From Tubulanus polymorphus (lineage: Eukaryota; Animalia; Nemertea), in NCBI RefSeq assembly GCF_964204645.1, contig NC_134034.1, positions 186,001 through 250,000 on the forward strand: a DNA stretch of 64,000 bases, given 5' to 3'. The notes under the pieces are model-generated. The model was not told the DNA's origin, searched no databases, and was given only the letters and a program-made list of their open reading frames with translations. The translations under genes and the position numbers were made by a program. Positions 24,723 to 37,215 of this stretch are shown piece by piece; the stretch's first letter is position 1; each line of letters begins with the position of its first letter.

Positions 24723-25823
24723 TCTCAGTTTGGTTGTTGGTCCCTGATGATTGATACATAGTGGAAAGTTTAAAAGTTGTCAAAGTTAATCGCTGGATTA
24801 ACTGAAATAGTGACAATTAACTGTTTCGTGTCGGTTAGCCCATATACGGTTAAGTGATTGGGCCCCATATGTTTGCATCATTCCCCTGGTCAAGGGATAT
24901 TTCACTAACCAAATTGTGACATATATAAACTCGGTGTGCGACGCGAGGCCTGAAGCAGCAGTTTCCAATGCTCTAGAGACTGATAGTGAGATAAACCAAT
25001 CCGACATCGTTCACCACAGTAACCGTATTAAAGGTTACAACGGTATCAGCCGCTATTCGATTTCTGTGAACCAGCTCAGTTTGACTTTCAAATGCGATTA
25101 TCTCAAGATATTCCGCATCATATCATTTACAACTGTGATATTGTCGACATGATGATAGACTGGGCTCAGACACGTCCAAAAACATTTCATCTGATCGGCC
25201 CTAGTTCAAAATTGGACTCGGAATTATGTTCTTAAGTTGTTAGATTGATTATAGAACCAAAATGAGCTTTTAAATTGGTCTTATGTTGTTAGATTAGTTA
25301 TAGAACTAAAATGAGCTTAGACTGGTCTCAAGTTGTTAGATTGGTTATAGAACTAAAATGAGCTTAGACTGGTCTTAAGTTGTTAGATTGTCTATAGAAC
25401 AAAAATGAGCTTAGACTGGTATGTGAATCATAACCGGTAAACGGTACCTCATGACATCACGGATTATTGGCTATAAATGGAAGTGCTTTAACTGGGACCG
25501 TATCTCGGTTAAAACCCCTCATTTTAACGGCGCGATATTGTGGAGCACTTCAATAACAGTTCTAAGTGTTACTGTGAGTGGCTGTTATGAATTCAACAAT
25601 AGCGTTTCCGGTTGCAGTTGCACGGTTACTGTGTAGCAGCCGTGGCAAGCAGGGATAGAAATAATCAATTAAATTCCTTTTCCGCACTTCACACCGTAAT
25701 GACTTTAACAACCCGATCGATATGGTCTCCTCGACCAATCAGATCACAGTATTCAGCCGTACAAACGCCAAGCAGTAACCCAGATACTGGACAAGTTGTG
25801 GACTATCATCTGCCAACAGTCAG

Positions 25824-26158
25824 ATTAAACCCACACAACTGTGGAACTGGACTCAGAGTCAAATTAAACCCACACAACTGTGGAACTGGGTTCAGAGTCA
25901 AATCAAACCTACACAACTGTGGAACTGGACTCAGAGTCGAATTGAACCCACACAACTGTGAAACTGGACTCAGAGTCGAATTGAACCCACACAACTGTGG
26001 AACTGGACTCAGAGTCGAATTGAACCCACACAACTGTGGAACTGGACTCAGAGTCGAATTGAACCCACACAACTGTGGAACTGGACTCAGAGTCGAATTG
26101 AACCCACACAACTGTGGAACTGGACTCAGATTCGAATTACACCCACACAACTGTGGAG
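25824..26158. repeat. 39-bp satellite array
   Basis: About 8.5 tandem units. Confidence 0.95.
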
Positions 26159-26819
26159 TTGGTGAAAACCTAAGCTAAACATTGTCCTCCAAAAGCAAGG
26201 ACCAGACTGAACTTAATCTCATATGCAAAGTCTAATTGCTGTCAGAGGAATTAATAATATGAAATTTCAAATGATATTCATGTGAATATTTCTATATAGA
26301 ACCGCAGTTGTTTATCGTCTGTACTGCGACTTCACAATTCATCATAAATACTATATTAAATACAGATACATTTATCTATATCTATATGTGAGCTGCTTGT
26401 ATATAATGTGTATATTGAAGGAATGTTGTATGGTAGAATTTGACGTTAAGTGGCTTCACAGGAAACACTGCGTACGAAAAATGAAGTGATCATTGAATAT
26501 ATCACCGATTAAATATCAATCGATACTAATGTAATAAAATAACGCTTTAACGCTCGACTATAGAGAATGATGGAGCCTGGAGATATTTGAAATGTCAGTC
26601 ACGATGTGACTCGTCGTGTCGTCTGTTTTACGATGCTCGTGTTGATGGTCGGTTACCCGCCTGCGGTTATGTTGTACATACGGTTATAAAATTCCACGGT
26701 TATTCTTAAAGAAACGTCTTATATTGATATTTGAGTCTGCCGCAGTTAGATGAGATTCCCTTGTTGAATGTTTCAATAGACGCCGCCGTTATCTGCTTTA
26801 GCAGGACGTACGCCTGGAA

Positions 26820-27168
26820 ACGCTACTGTGGCAAGTGAGGACCCGCTAGGGGCGCTTGCGTGAAGTCAGTCTTCCAAGCAGCGCTACTGTGGCAAGCGAG
26901 TATCCGCTAGGGGCGCTTGCGTGAAGTCAGTCTTCCAAGCAGCGCTACTGTGGCAAGCGAGTATCCGCTAGAGGCGCTAGTGTGAAGTCGGCCTTCTAGA
27001 CAACACTTTTGTGGCAAGCGAGTATCCACTAGAGGCGCTAGTGTGAAGTTGGCCTTCTAGACAACACTTTTGTGGCAAGCGTGTATCCGCTAGAGGCGCT
27101 AGTGTGAAGTTGGCCTTCTAGGCAACATTTCTTTGGCAAGCGAGCATCCGCTAGAGGCGCTAGTGTTT
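26820..27168. repeat. 61-bp minisatellite carrying a CTCF-like core (CCGCTAGAGGCGCTAGTG), ~6 copies
   Basis: Direct tandem units. Confidence 0.9.
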
Positions 27169-27410
27169 GGTCACTAAGGAGACTGTAATTGTTACAATAA
27201 ATACAGAGTGTTAAATCAATCAGCGATGAAAGAGATGGGAAGATAAAAGTTTGCGTGCAGCGGCAGCGGCGATGGCGACGATGGAAGCTTTCTCGGTTGA
27301 ATGGAGAGATGGCTGCAAGTTCGTGACGATTTGATAGAGAGAATTCCTTCAGTCTCATTAGTAGCAAAACCACAGACACGAAAATTGTTACCGGTCTGTG
27401 AGAGATATAG

Positions 27411-27740
27411 GGAGGGGAGAGAGAGGAAATAGACGGGGAGAGAGAGGGGAGGGAGAGGAGAGAGGAGAGGGGAGGGGAGGGGGAGAGAAGAGGAGAGAGT
27501 CAGAGAGAGGAGAGGGGGAGGGAGAGGAGAGAGGAGAGGGAGAGAGGAGAGGGGAGGGGAGGGGAGAGAAGAGGAGAGAGTCAGAGAGAGGAGAGGGGGA
27601 GGGAGAGGAGAGAGGAGAGGGAGAGAGGAGAGGAGAGAGGAGAGGGGAGGGGAGGAGGAGAGAAGAGGAGAGAGTCAGAGAGAGGAGAGGGAGGGAGAGA
27701 GGAGATGGGAGGGGTGAGAGTCAGAGAGAGGAGAGAGGGG
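27411..27740. repeat. Polypurine (GA-rich) tract
   Basis: Almost exclusively G/A. Confidence 0.9.
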
Positions 27741-28867
27741 ATCTATCTATCACTTCAGTATATGTATATATATAGCATGGTTAAAACGGATTATGATTTA
27801 ATCCGATTAACGGATTAACGCGTAGCCCCGTACGATTATAGCCTGCGGGCTATACATGTATGAATACATCAAAAATGTAATTCATCCGATTATAAATTCT
27901 ACCAATAACAAGAAAGCAAGGCTTATTACATATACGCCTACCTAACTGTGTAAACCGGTAAAGAATATTAAGAATTGGCTCTCGATGAATTTTGCGATTT
28001 TATTCTTTTTTGGATTAATCAATTTAGTATACAACAGGACAGAGAAGGGGAGAGGGGGGGGTAAAGTTGACATCTCTTTGGTCTACATAAAACGAACCCG
28101 TGGTTTTTCTAAAAAAAACTGTCCGTTGGACCGTTTTTCATCGGTCCAAAACGTGGCGTTATAACGGAGCACTTTTGCTGTAAACTGAACATTTTTTTCA
28201 CGAAACTAGGTCGAACACCTGGGTATATTCGACACCAGCCCCTGGACCTAAATGCGCGTATAGAATTCTCGGAAGGGGAACGCGCGCAGGGGAGTTCGTT
28301 GTGTGATTGAATTAGCGCTCACTTTGTTTTTGTTCGTTCAAACAAACGGGGTTTCTTTTAAAAAAAACAATGGCGTTAAAAACCTATCAGCGAATTAGGA
28401 GAAATGAAGTTGATTTCCTGGGAAAGAATTTTCTTGGAAAATGAGTTTGATGTCGTCGCGTAAGAATCGACACGAGGTGTTTCTCTCTCCGGAGAAACTG
28501 TGAAGACTTTCAGCTGCGAGACCGGTTGTTGTTCATTCTACTCATTCTAATTCAATGGAAATTTGGTCGAAAAAATCCAACTTTTTCCTCAGCCCCGGAG
28601 CCATCCCTCGGACAATCTGTAGCCCCGGAGCCATCCTTCAGACAGTCTGCAGCCCGGAGCCACTCCTCGGACAATCTGCAGCCCGGAGCCACCCTTGTTG
28701 ATAGCTTGCGGGTAGCAGATTTGTTTGTTTCTGTATTTGACTCTGGTCTGGTTGCGCGGTTAGTGAACCCTCGACTGCCACAGCCTGCTCTCTACATGAA
28801 ACGATCGACTAATGGCGAACATTAACGAAATGAGAGCAATTTGCGTGCGACTTGTCATAACCACCGC

Positions 28868-28871
<4 letters not shown>

Positions 28872-28924
<53 letters not shown>
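28872..28924. repeat. (GA)n microsatellite
   Basis: Pure run. Confidence 0.95.
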
Positions 28925-28926
<2 letters not shown>

Positions 28927-29470
28927 CTGAGTAATTCCTGAATAAACCGTGACTATAAAATATCACGTAGAACAAAGTGGGCATGAAACAGCAGGTGCCC
29001 CTTCCAGTCTATCGACGAGCAGGTGCCCCCTCAAGTCTATCGACGAGCAGGTGCCCCTTCCAGTCTATCGACGAGCAGGTGCCCCTTCCAGTCTATCTAC
29101 AGTGACCACCACTGCAGCCACATTCGTGCAAGAGAAAAGATGTAATTGATACCAAGTGAACTTCTTCACGACGACTTCTCCTAAACCGTGGAAGCCTCAG
29201 AGATAAGAGCGACTGCTGATAACGGCGCGGAGTCTCCGACGGCCGGTGCACTCGGCGGTGGCACTCATATTTCATGTAAAAATCAATAATTGTAAATTCC
29301 TATTACTGTCGCGTTTGAATTATTGCATCTCTGAATCATATACAGTAGCGGCAGTAGCAGCAGCAGCAGCAGCAGCAGTCTCTATCTCTCCATCAAACTG
29401 CGCCGATCAAACCGTGACGCTATGAATATCAAACGATGTGGGCTACCATTAACAACCAGAGCTGCGCGAC

Positions 29471-29700
29471 CAGCGTGAGGGGACCCGCTCGTCCTGATAG
29501 CGTGAGGGGACCCGCTCGTCCTGACAGCGCGAGGGGACCCGCTCGTACTGACAGCGTGAGGGGACCCACCCGCTCGTACTGACAGCGTGAGGGGACCCAC
29601 TCGCTCGTACTGACAGCGTGAGGGGACCCGCTCGCTCGTACTGACAGCGTGAGGGGACCCGCTCGTCCTGACAGCGTGAGCTGACCCACTCGCTCGTCCT
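29471..29700. repeat. 27-31-bp minisatellite (CTGACAGCGTGAGGGGACCCGCTCGT)
   Basis: About 8 units. Confidence 0.9.
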
Positions 29701-30017
29701 GTTGTCTGTCGCTGCTGCTACCGCTAAATAAAGAGCAGCAATCTCATAAAATATGGTGATGGTTTGATATACAATCGGTGTTATATATCATTGTATAATG
29801 TGATCTCTAACAAGCGATGGTCGCACAGCGCAGAGCATACAATAAAATGGTCATGTTTTTGTTATAAATATTTATTACTACAGATTCATCAACACTGGCT
29901 TGTTGTTAGGGCTGTGAGGGGAGTGTGGGGAACTGTGTGGACAGTGGGGGAGCTGTGGGGGAACTGTGTGGGGAACTGTGTGAGGGCTGTGTGGGGACTG
30001 TGTGGGTTGTGGAGAGC

Positions 30018-30245
30018 CACCAACCAATCAGTTCTCATGTTACATTTCCACCAACCAATCAGTTCTCGTGTTACATCACCACCAACCAATCAGTTCTCTC
30101 GTTACATCTCCACCAACCAATCAGTTCTCGTGTTACATCACCACCAACCAATCAGTTCTCTCGTTACATCTCCACCAACCAATCAGTTCTCATGTTACAT
30201 TTCCACCAACCAATCAGTTCTCTCGTAACATCACCACCAACCAGA
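30018..30245. repeat. ~31-bp minisatellite (CCACCAACCAATCAGTTCTC...)
   Basis: About 7 units. Confidence 0.9.
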
Positions 30246-31854
30246 AATTGACCAATCGCTGGGACTGAGACCAGGGACTGAGATAAAATGAGTACCTATC
30301 GAAATCGACTGAAATATTTGCATATTTGTCTCGAATTCGGACCGAAACTCGGCAGTGTAGCAGACGAATCACTTCTTCATAAAATTGTATTCTTAAAACA
30401 GACGCCTGGACACGTGTTAATGTTGCGCTCCACGATTCCGGAAAACAACTAGCTGTAAAACCGTCGCTGCACCGGCGGAGAGTCTGTCGATCTGTCGATA
30501 TCAGCCATCAGTACCGGCTCGACTGTTCGGGTCGACAGTCTCGCCGAAAGAGCAAATTGATTTTATGTTGGAGAAAAAAAAATCACTTAGTTTATATGAA
30601 CGCGCGGCTGAGTGGATGTCGGGTTTGTTATTGCAATCGACGGTTCAGTAGAGAGTTAATGGCTGTAGTTTTCAGACTCGGATAGTACATTGTGCTGCCA
30701 GTATTATGAATGTCCATTTAGCAGCCGACAAACAGCGAGCACTACTGCAGCACTTGACACGATTATAGCAGCGATATCGATGTCTAAATCGTTATGTCCC
30801 TGGGCGTAAAAATTACCGGTTCCACCCGGTACAAAATTGGGAAGGCTCCGATTCCACCGAACAAACCGGTTTTTATTGTGGGATTTTCTACACATACTCG
30901 TCACAACACGGAATATAGTGTTTTATCATCAGTCTCTAGAAAAAGCACACGACGTTCTCTGTGCCAGTTGCCGAAAATGTACTCTCTAGTGAAGATAATC
31001 CCGGATCCGATGTAAAGTCTAATTATTATGTAACTACTGGACTCTGTTAATGCAGCCTCTCAATGTAAACCCGCACAGTCATCAACTCGACTTATCGTCG
31101 ATAAAACATGACCCAATACTAAATCATCAGTTACAACACGCCGTGGTTCACATAATGATAATTGCCTCCTGAAACGTGCCGTGCACTGAGCCGGAGCCGA
31201 CCGCCCGACTGTAAATGGAGAATGTTACTATTGTAGGAGATACTGATACTATTATTATGTTAGTATTAGCCATCGATCGAGATCACATTTGACCCGCGTC
31301 GCTGCCGTTAATCAGTTTGACCGATTCCGACCACACTGTAGTGTATATCTCGTTAGTAACGATCCGTGTTGTAACGTTACCCGTCGAGTAATCTCTACAC
31401 GACGGATCAGGAAATGTTACGACTCAATCTCTCTCAGTCAGCTACAAGCAGACGATACTGTTATTGATTGTTATGTAGCTGTTAATCAGGCAGCAGACAT
31501 GTGTCTGTGTCGCCGGTATAAAAACAGATATAAGTGTCATTGATTCACTTGATTTGGTCCATGGCCCATTATCACATCAATGAAACTATATCCATCGATT
31601 GCAGGAAAATATAAACTGATACATTCTCAGTCTCAATCTTCTTTCTCTTTATGCTTTGGTACATCTACAACTTCTCTTCCCTTCTTCTGTGCCTCTCCCT
31701 TCTCTCTCTCCCTTCACTATCTGTACGGAAGGACTCTCCTCTCTTCTCTCTCGACTTCTCTTATTTAATGCATGTTATATTGCAGTGATATTGCGGCTGA
31801 TATCAAGAAACTGCTCTCATACCGGGTTCACCATTCAAACCTCTCTCACTGTTT

Positions 31855-32098
31855 CCTCTCCTCCCCTCCCCCTCTCCTCCTCTCCCCCTCTCCTCCTCTC
31901 CCCCCTCTCCTCCTCTCTCCTTTCTCTCTCCTCCCTCACCCTCTCCCTCTCCTCTCTCATCTCCCTCTCTCCTCTCTCTCCCTCTCCCTCTCCCTCTCCC
32001 CCTCAGCTCTTCTCTCCCTCTCTTTCTCCCCCTCTCTCCCTCTCTCCCTCTCTCCCTCTCTCTCCCTCTCCCTCTCCCTCTCGCTCCTCCACCCCTCA
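31855..32098. repeat. Polypyrimidine tract
   Basis: C/T low complexity. Confidence 0.9.
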
Positions 32099-32912
32099 TC
32101 TGATAACATAGACCTGTATAACATGGATCACTAATCAACAATCCGGGGTTCCTTCTATCAAAGTAACTGATTAAACAGACACATACGCAGACGGGAATCC
32201 TGTTTTTATTCCGCTGTGACCAGACGTCTTTTTCCGCCACGCCAGTCTCATCCATCGTCAATCCATTCTCTTTTCTTCTCTCAACCGTAGAATAGAAGCG
32301 AGTTCGCGGTAAGCATCAATCTGATAAATTATTTCAACTGTCCAGGGGCGCAGACCGACTACACAGATCTTATCATTATGATTAAGTTTATTCTTCCGCC
32401 GATTCTGCGGATTTTCTTCGGTTTCTTTTCGCCGAACAACTCCTCGCGACGACAAAGGTTTGCTCCGAAAATAAACAAGTTATGAGAGCCAGCCTTCGTC
32501 ATGGGAATCCAACCGAATCGTTGTATTTTGGGTTAATGCGGGATTCGAACCGAATCGAGATGTAAAGCGCACGTGTTCATCAATCACTCGCTTTATTGAC
32601 AATGTTGTGATTCGTGTTAATTTGTACAAAGATACTTCAATTATGAAAATGTGCAATTTCCGGAAAATCGTTTCATGCAGAACAAATAGATCATTTCATT
32701 GCGCTCTCGCTCTCGCGCAGTTCTCGCGATATCCCTCGAGAACTCTACACTGAAACAACCGAACGCGATCCAAATGGATGTCTCTGGATTTAGATTCACA
32801 GTTGTGTGGTTTTAATTCGTGTATCCAATGTCTTTGCATCTGAATCAAACCCGCACAAATCGTATTAAAATTAGACCCACGCAGGAGTATTGGATTGGAT
32901 CTAATCCTGGCT

Positions 32913-33198
32913 CAACTGTGGAACTGGGTCCACAGTGAAAATAAACCCACACAACTGTGGAACTGGATTCAGAGTCAAATTAAACCCACACAACTGTGGA
33001 ACTGGATTCAGAGTCAAATTAAACCCACACAACTGTGGAACTGGGTTCAGAGTCAAATTAAACCCACACAACTGTGGAACTGGGTTCAGAGTACAATTAA
33101 ACCCACACAACTGTGGAACTGGATTCAGAGTCAAACTAAACCCACACAACTGTGGAACTGGGTTCCGAGTCAAACTAAACCCACTCAACTGTGGAACT
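32913..33198. repeat. 39-bp satellite array
   Basis: About 7 units. Confidence 0.95.
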
Positions 33199-34617
33199 AT
33201 ATGCTTTTATTGTCAGTACATACCCGCACGCATCCTTGCAATGCAAGCACGCAAACACGCACACAAACACGCACACATTGTAGGCTTCAACATTACGTAT
33301 GGTTTTTGTCACATCAATATTGTACAAATTGATTGGTCTGTTTGAACTTGTATATAGATACACCGTGGAGAGAGAGAGAGAGGACCGACAGATATACGAA
33401 ATGGAAATCGATTAACTTTCAAACATCTGTCGACGTCCCTTCTCCGTCAAATCACATTCGGGGATTTACAAACATATTCTGCTGACCTGCTGTACTACTG
33501 CACATCACTATCTGATTACATCTCCTGCTGTTCTATTGAACACTAGATATCTCTTTCGATCTCTCATCGCGCGTTCTTTTCAAAAACAACGCCAATTTTT
33601 TTCGGGAAATTATTCTTTTGAATTTCTCTTTGATGTCGCCGCCCAAGCGCCAGGAGATTGGATTTAGATGCACTGAAATTGCCTATGATTTTCCAAAACC
33701 TTTACAATTGGCTTCTTTTATACGACGCTCAAGCTCTGCGGGCCGAATACTTATTTCGAAATGTTTATTTCTTTGTGCCCATGGCTTCTCCTCCGTTCAC
33801 CCTAATACACCTCGTTCGACTCCTCATCCCGATATCGTATCCACTGTGGATCTAAGTGGATAGCCCGTTAAACGATAGTAATTTTGATCCACTTCAGTCG
33901 TGGTGTATATAACGACGTGTATTATTGCGTGAGAGTCCTTTCAAAAAATATTTTATATCATCTGGCAAGTGACGTCATCAGTCACTGTGATCTTTCGTTA
34001 TTGTGTGTGTCACAGTGTGTATTAGTACGCGTGTGCTCAGCGATTTGCGAGGCGCTACTTTTATCTGATGCGTGGCACTGGAGTGAAGTTTCAGGCGACA
34101 CCTCGCGCAGGCGCAGTCGCTCGAGTAGGAGATTTATAAACGGATCGTCCACTTTTCCCGTGAATTGAAGTTTTAAACCTTTTCTAACATGGAATAAAAC
34201 CTAGCTGCCTTAAATTGAAAGGATTTCGTTGGTAAGAATTTATTTTTATTTTTCAATTATTTATGAAACGAACTTTTGGAATTAATGAAAAATTTGGAAT
34301 AAGTTATAACTGATTTATTTCTTATCTAATTTCACCCGATCTTCACAAAGCATTCGATAAAGTAATATCAGCTGAAGAGTGATTATTGTTCAATTACTTG
34401 ACGCCTAGTGGTTTTGAAGTTTGAACCGGGACATTTTCAAATCTAAAATGACTTTTGATTAATTTTTATTGTCTTGAAGGCGTTCGATAAGGTCGTTCGC
34501 AAAATACCGCTCAGTCCAGAGCCTTATGAGAAGAAAACCTACGTAATAAGACTGGTTATTAGAAACTGAACCTGGAAATCAGTTGATTATTGTTGAGTGA
34601 CCAAAATATTGTGTGAA

Positions 34618-34751
34618 AGAAGACGTTACACCTGACGATGATCTCTAGGGTGAGATCGAAACGTCGTGTCTTATATATATATTTAGATTGAATAAATAAA
34701 TTCTGGTTTTTAAATTCTTTTAATCTGTAGATAGTGGGTTTATATCTTATT
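34618..34751 (+). mobile_element. ~134-bp insert carrying a hammerhead ribozyme; Penelope-like terminal fragment
   Basis: Flanked by the 12-bp direct repeat ATATTGTGTGAA (34606-34617 and 34752-34763). The hammerhead is followed by an AT-rich segment containing AATAAA. Confidence 0.7.
34628..34669 (+). ncRNA. Minimal type I hammerhead ribozyme
   Basis: ACAC-CTGACGA-T-GATCTC(tagggt)GAGATC-GAAAC-GTC-GTGT: conserved core, 6-bp stem II, 4-bp stem I and a GUC cleavage triplet. Confidence 0.75.
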
Positions 34752-36938
34752 ATATTGTGTGAAGTTAGAATATTCGAAAAAAACTGATTTTATCAGAAAC
34801 AGTAAATCCAATTTATTGATCTAATTCAAACAAAAGCGGGACTACAATCAGTCACAATTCTATGTGTACACGGGGATATAGGCGCCACCGGATTTTCAAA
34901 TTTTGAATCTGATGTTCGTTATCTCGATCGATAACCGCCACATGTCGCCCGATACCGAATAGAATCAATCCACTCTGACATATGGTGCCGGAGTCCACGT
35001 CGTAACGAATCATGGGAAAAATCTGGATTTTTTAAATCAAAACGATCGACATTGTCGTCATCTGTAACGTAGCTACTAAACCTGGGCACCTGTTTTCCAG
35101 GTCATTTCAATTTGCTAATTAGTGCTCACAAGATGTCTGCCTCCGCAAATACCCCCTATTACATCATCAAATCATCTATAGATCTATCTAGAAAAGATGG
35201 CTGCCAGAGAAAGATGGCTGCCTCGATAAATTCCCCCGGACAAACCACTTGAAAGAGTTAACCTTTAGGCCTGGGCACACTGGCGCACCTAGCGGACCCT
35301 CGATTGCCAGAGGTATAATCCTCGATTGCTAAGGCGCTGATTCAGTGTTTCTGAGGTCATGATTAGTTTCTGATTCGTCGTCGTCAAGTCAATCATTATT
35401 ATCATATTTTTTTCGGTGATGCGCGTTCTTTCATCTTCGCAGCGCTCCCATTTACCGCAATGTCCCCAGAATTAATTACCTCGACGACTAACAGTAGCGG
35501 CAGTAATTCAACGGCGACGATTGAAGATTAGATACTTCAAACTTCTTAATTCACCTCGAGGCTTCTCCTGTTCGTAATAACCGGCGCTGATTGTTGTTAT
35601 TAATCAAAAACTCATCGACGGTTCATCCCGGCGTTTTGTAGTTTGATTTACTCGACTCGCAGACGGCTGTTCGTGTCGCAGACGGCTGTTCGTGTCGCAG
35701 ACGTTGCTGCGAGAATGAAATCGTCGTTTAGTCGATCTGGTTTTTAATATGTTAGCATTTTGTTTGCGTCTGATTTTTGGCGTGTACATTTTGTTAATGA
35801 GTTGTAAGAAACTAATCTCGCAGATGAAGCGGCGAAGACGTTTCGGGATTTTTATTTGAAGTCTCTCTAAATGCGCGGCGCGGCGTCGAGTCTCGTCTGC
35901 GCAATGATAAAACAACAGACGCGTCGAGAGTGGAGTTACATCCGGAGTGTGTGTCGGGTGTCACCCCCAACCCCTCCTCCCCTCCCCCTCCATCTACTCA
36001 ACAGATTACACTTAAAAACTTATCGTCACCCTGCATGAGGTCTATTTTCGTTATCTGGGCCCCATGAACATATTTACCTGAACCCGATATTCTATTAGTC
36101 AACACCAGATCGTTCCCTGGTCTGGCTGTTTGCAGGGGGGGGGGTCAGGCAACAGATTGTCTATTGGTGTCGTACAAACTACAGGCAGCACGGATAGTCT
36201 AGCGGGTGGGGGTACAAGACTATATTCCTAATGCTGATTATATAAGGTTAATTTTTCCACAGGACTCGACCTGAGGAAGGTTCAATTTGTCTGATACCGC
36301 TGAGTGTTATTTGATGTTCTGAACCAAGTCACATAAAATTCCTATTAGATCAGTTGAAGAATTCTCGTGTTTAAACATGAAACTCTTAACACGAATTGTT
36401 GATAAAAAAAGTAAACATCATAAAAAGTTTGCAGCAAAAAAGTACTTCTACAAGTTTGAAGAATACTTAATTTGCATATTACAATGTAAATACATATATA
36501 TATATATACACGCGCTTAATGAGTTAGTTTCTCGGTCAAGGTCAAACTCTAGGTCAATGCCAAGGTTATATATGGCGAATTTTTTCCGCATGATTCTGCA
36601 GAGAACGACGAAGCTTCTCAATCCTTCACGAGAAACACCGTAAAAACCGCCGCCGCCGAACAGCGCGATTCTTCCTCCGCTGCGACGCTACGCAACGACG
36701 TTACTTTATAAACGTAATTAAACGCTCGTAAATCCAACGTGACATTTATTTACGTAACGCTAACGTTAGACTACAGCGGAGAATGCCAATTTGCGGCGGC
36801 AACGACGTAAAATATTTTTACACCATCGACGAAGCGATTCAATCGACTCAGTATTTCTGACTGGTGGACCTCGTGCCGTACAGAATTCTATAAAACTCCT
36901 CAATCGATTCAGTATTTCTGACTGGTGGACCTCAAGTG

Positions 36939-37215
36939 TAATGAAGACTGTGGTCGTGGCAACAGTGTTATACATTCAAATATAAATTTATCTGACCAGG
37001 TCCTTCAGTAACTCGCTCAGGTCGAGACGGCATACAAACCTTTCACGGACCACTCATGCGCGATCTATAGATTGATCGGATAGGTCAGTTTTGGATTGTT
37101 CTGGTACAATACAGATTGTGGCTTGTACGACAAGAGGTCACGTTATTGTCACGTGATGGCAGTTTCGTGACTCAGTTCTCTACACGAGAACTTCACAATG
37201 AAACAGCGACTGGAA
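36939..37215 (+). mobile_element. Unclassified ~275-bp dispersed repeat, copy 2
   Basis: Matches 16118-16393. Confidence 0.85.
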
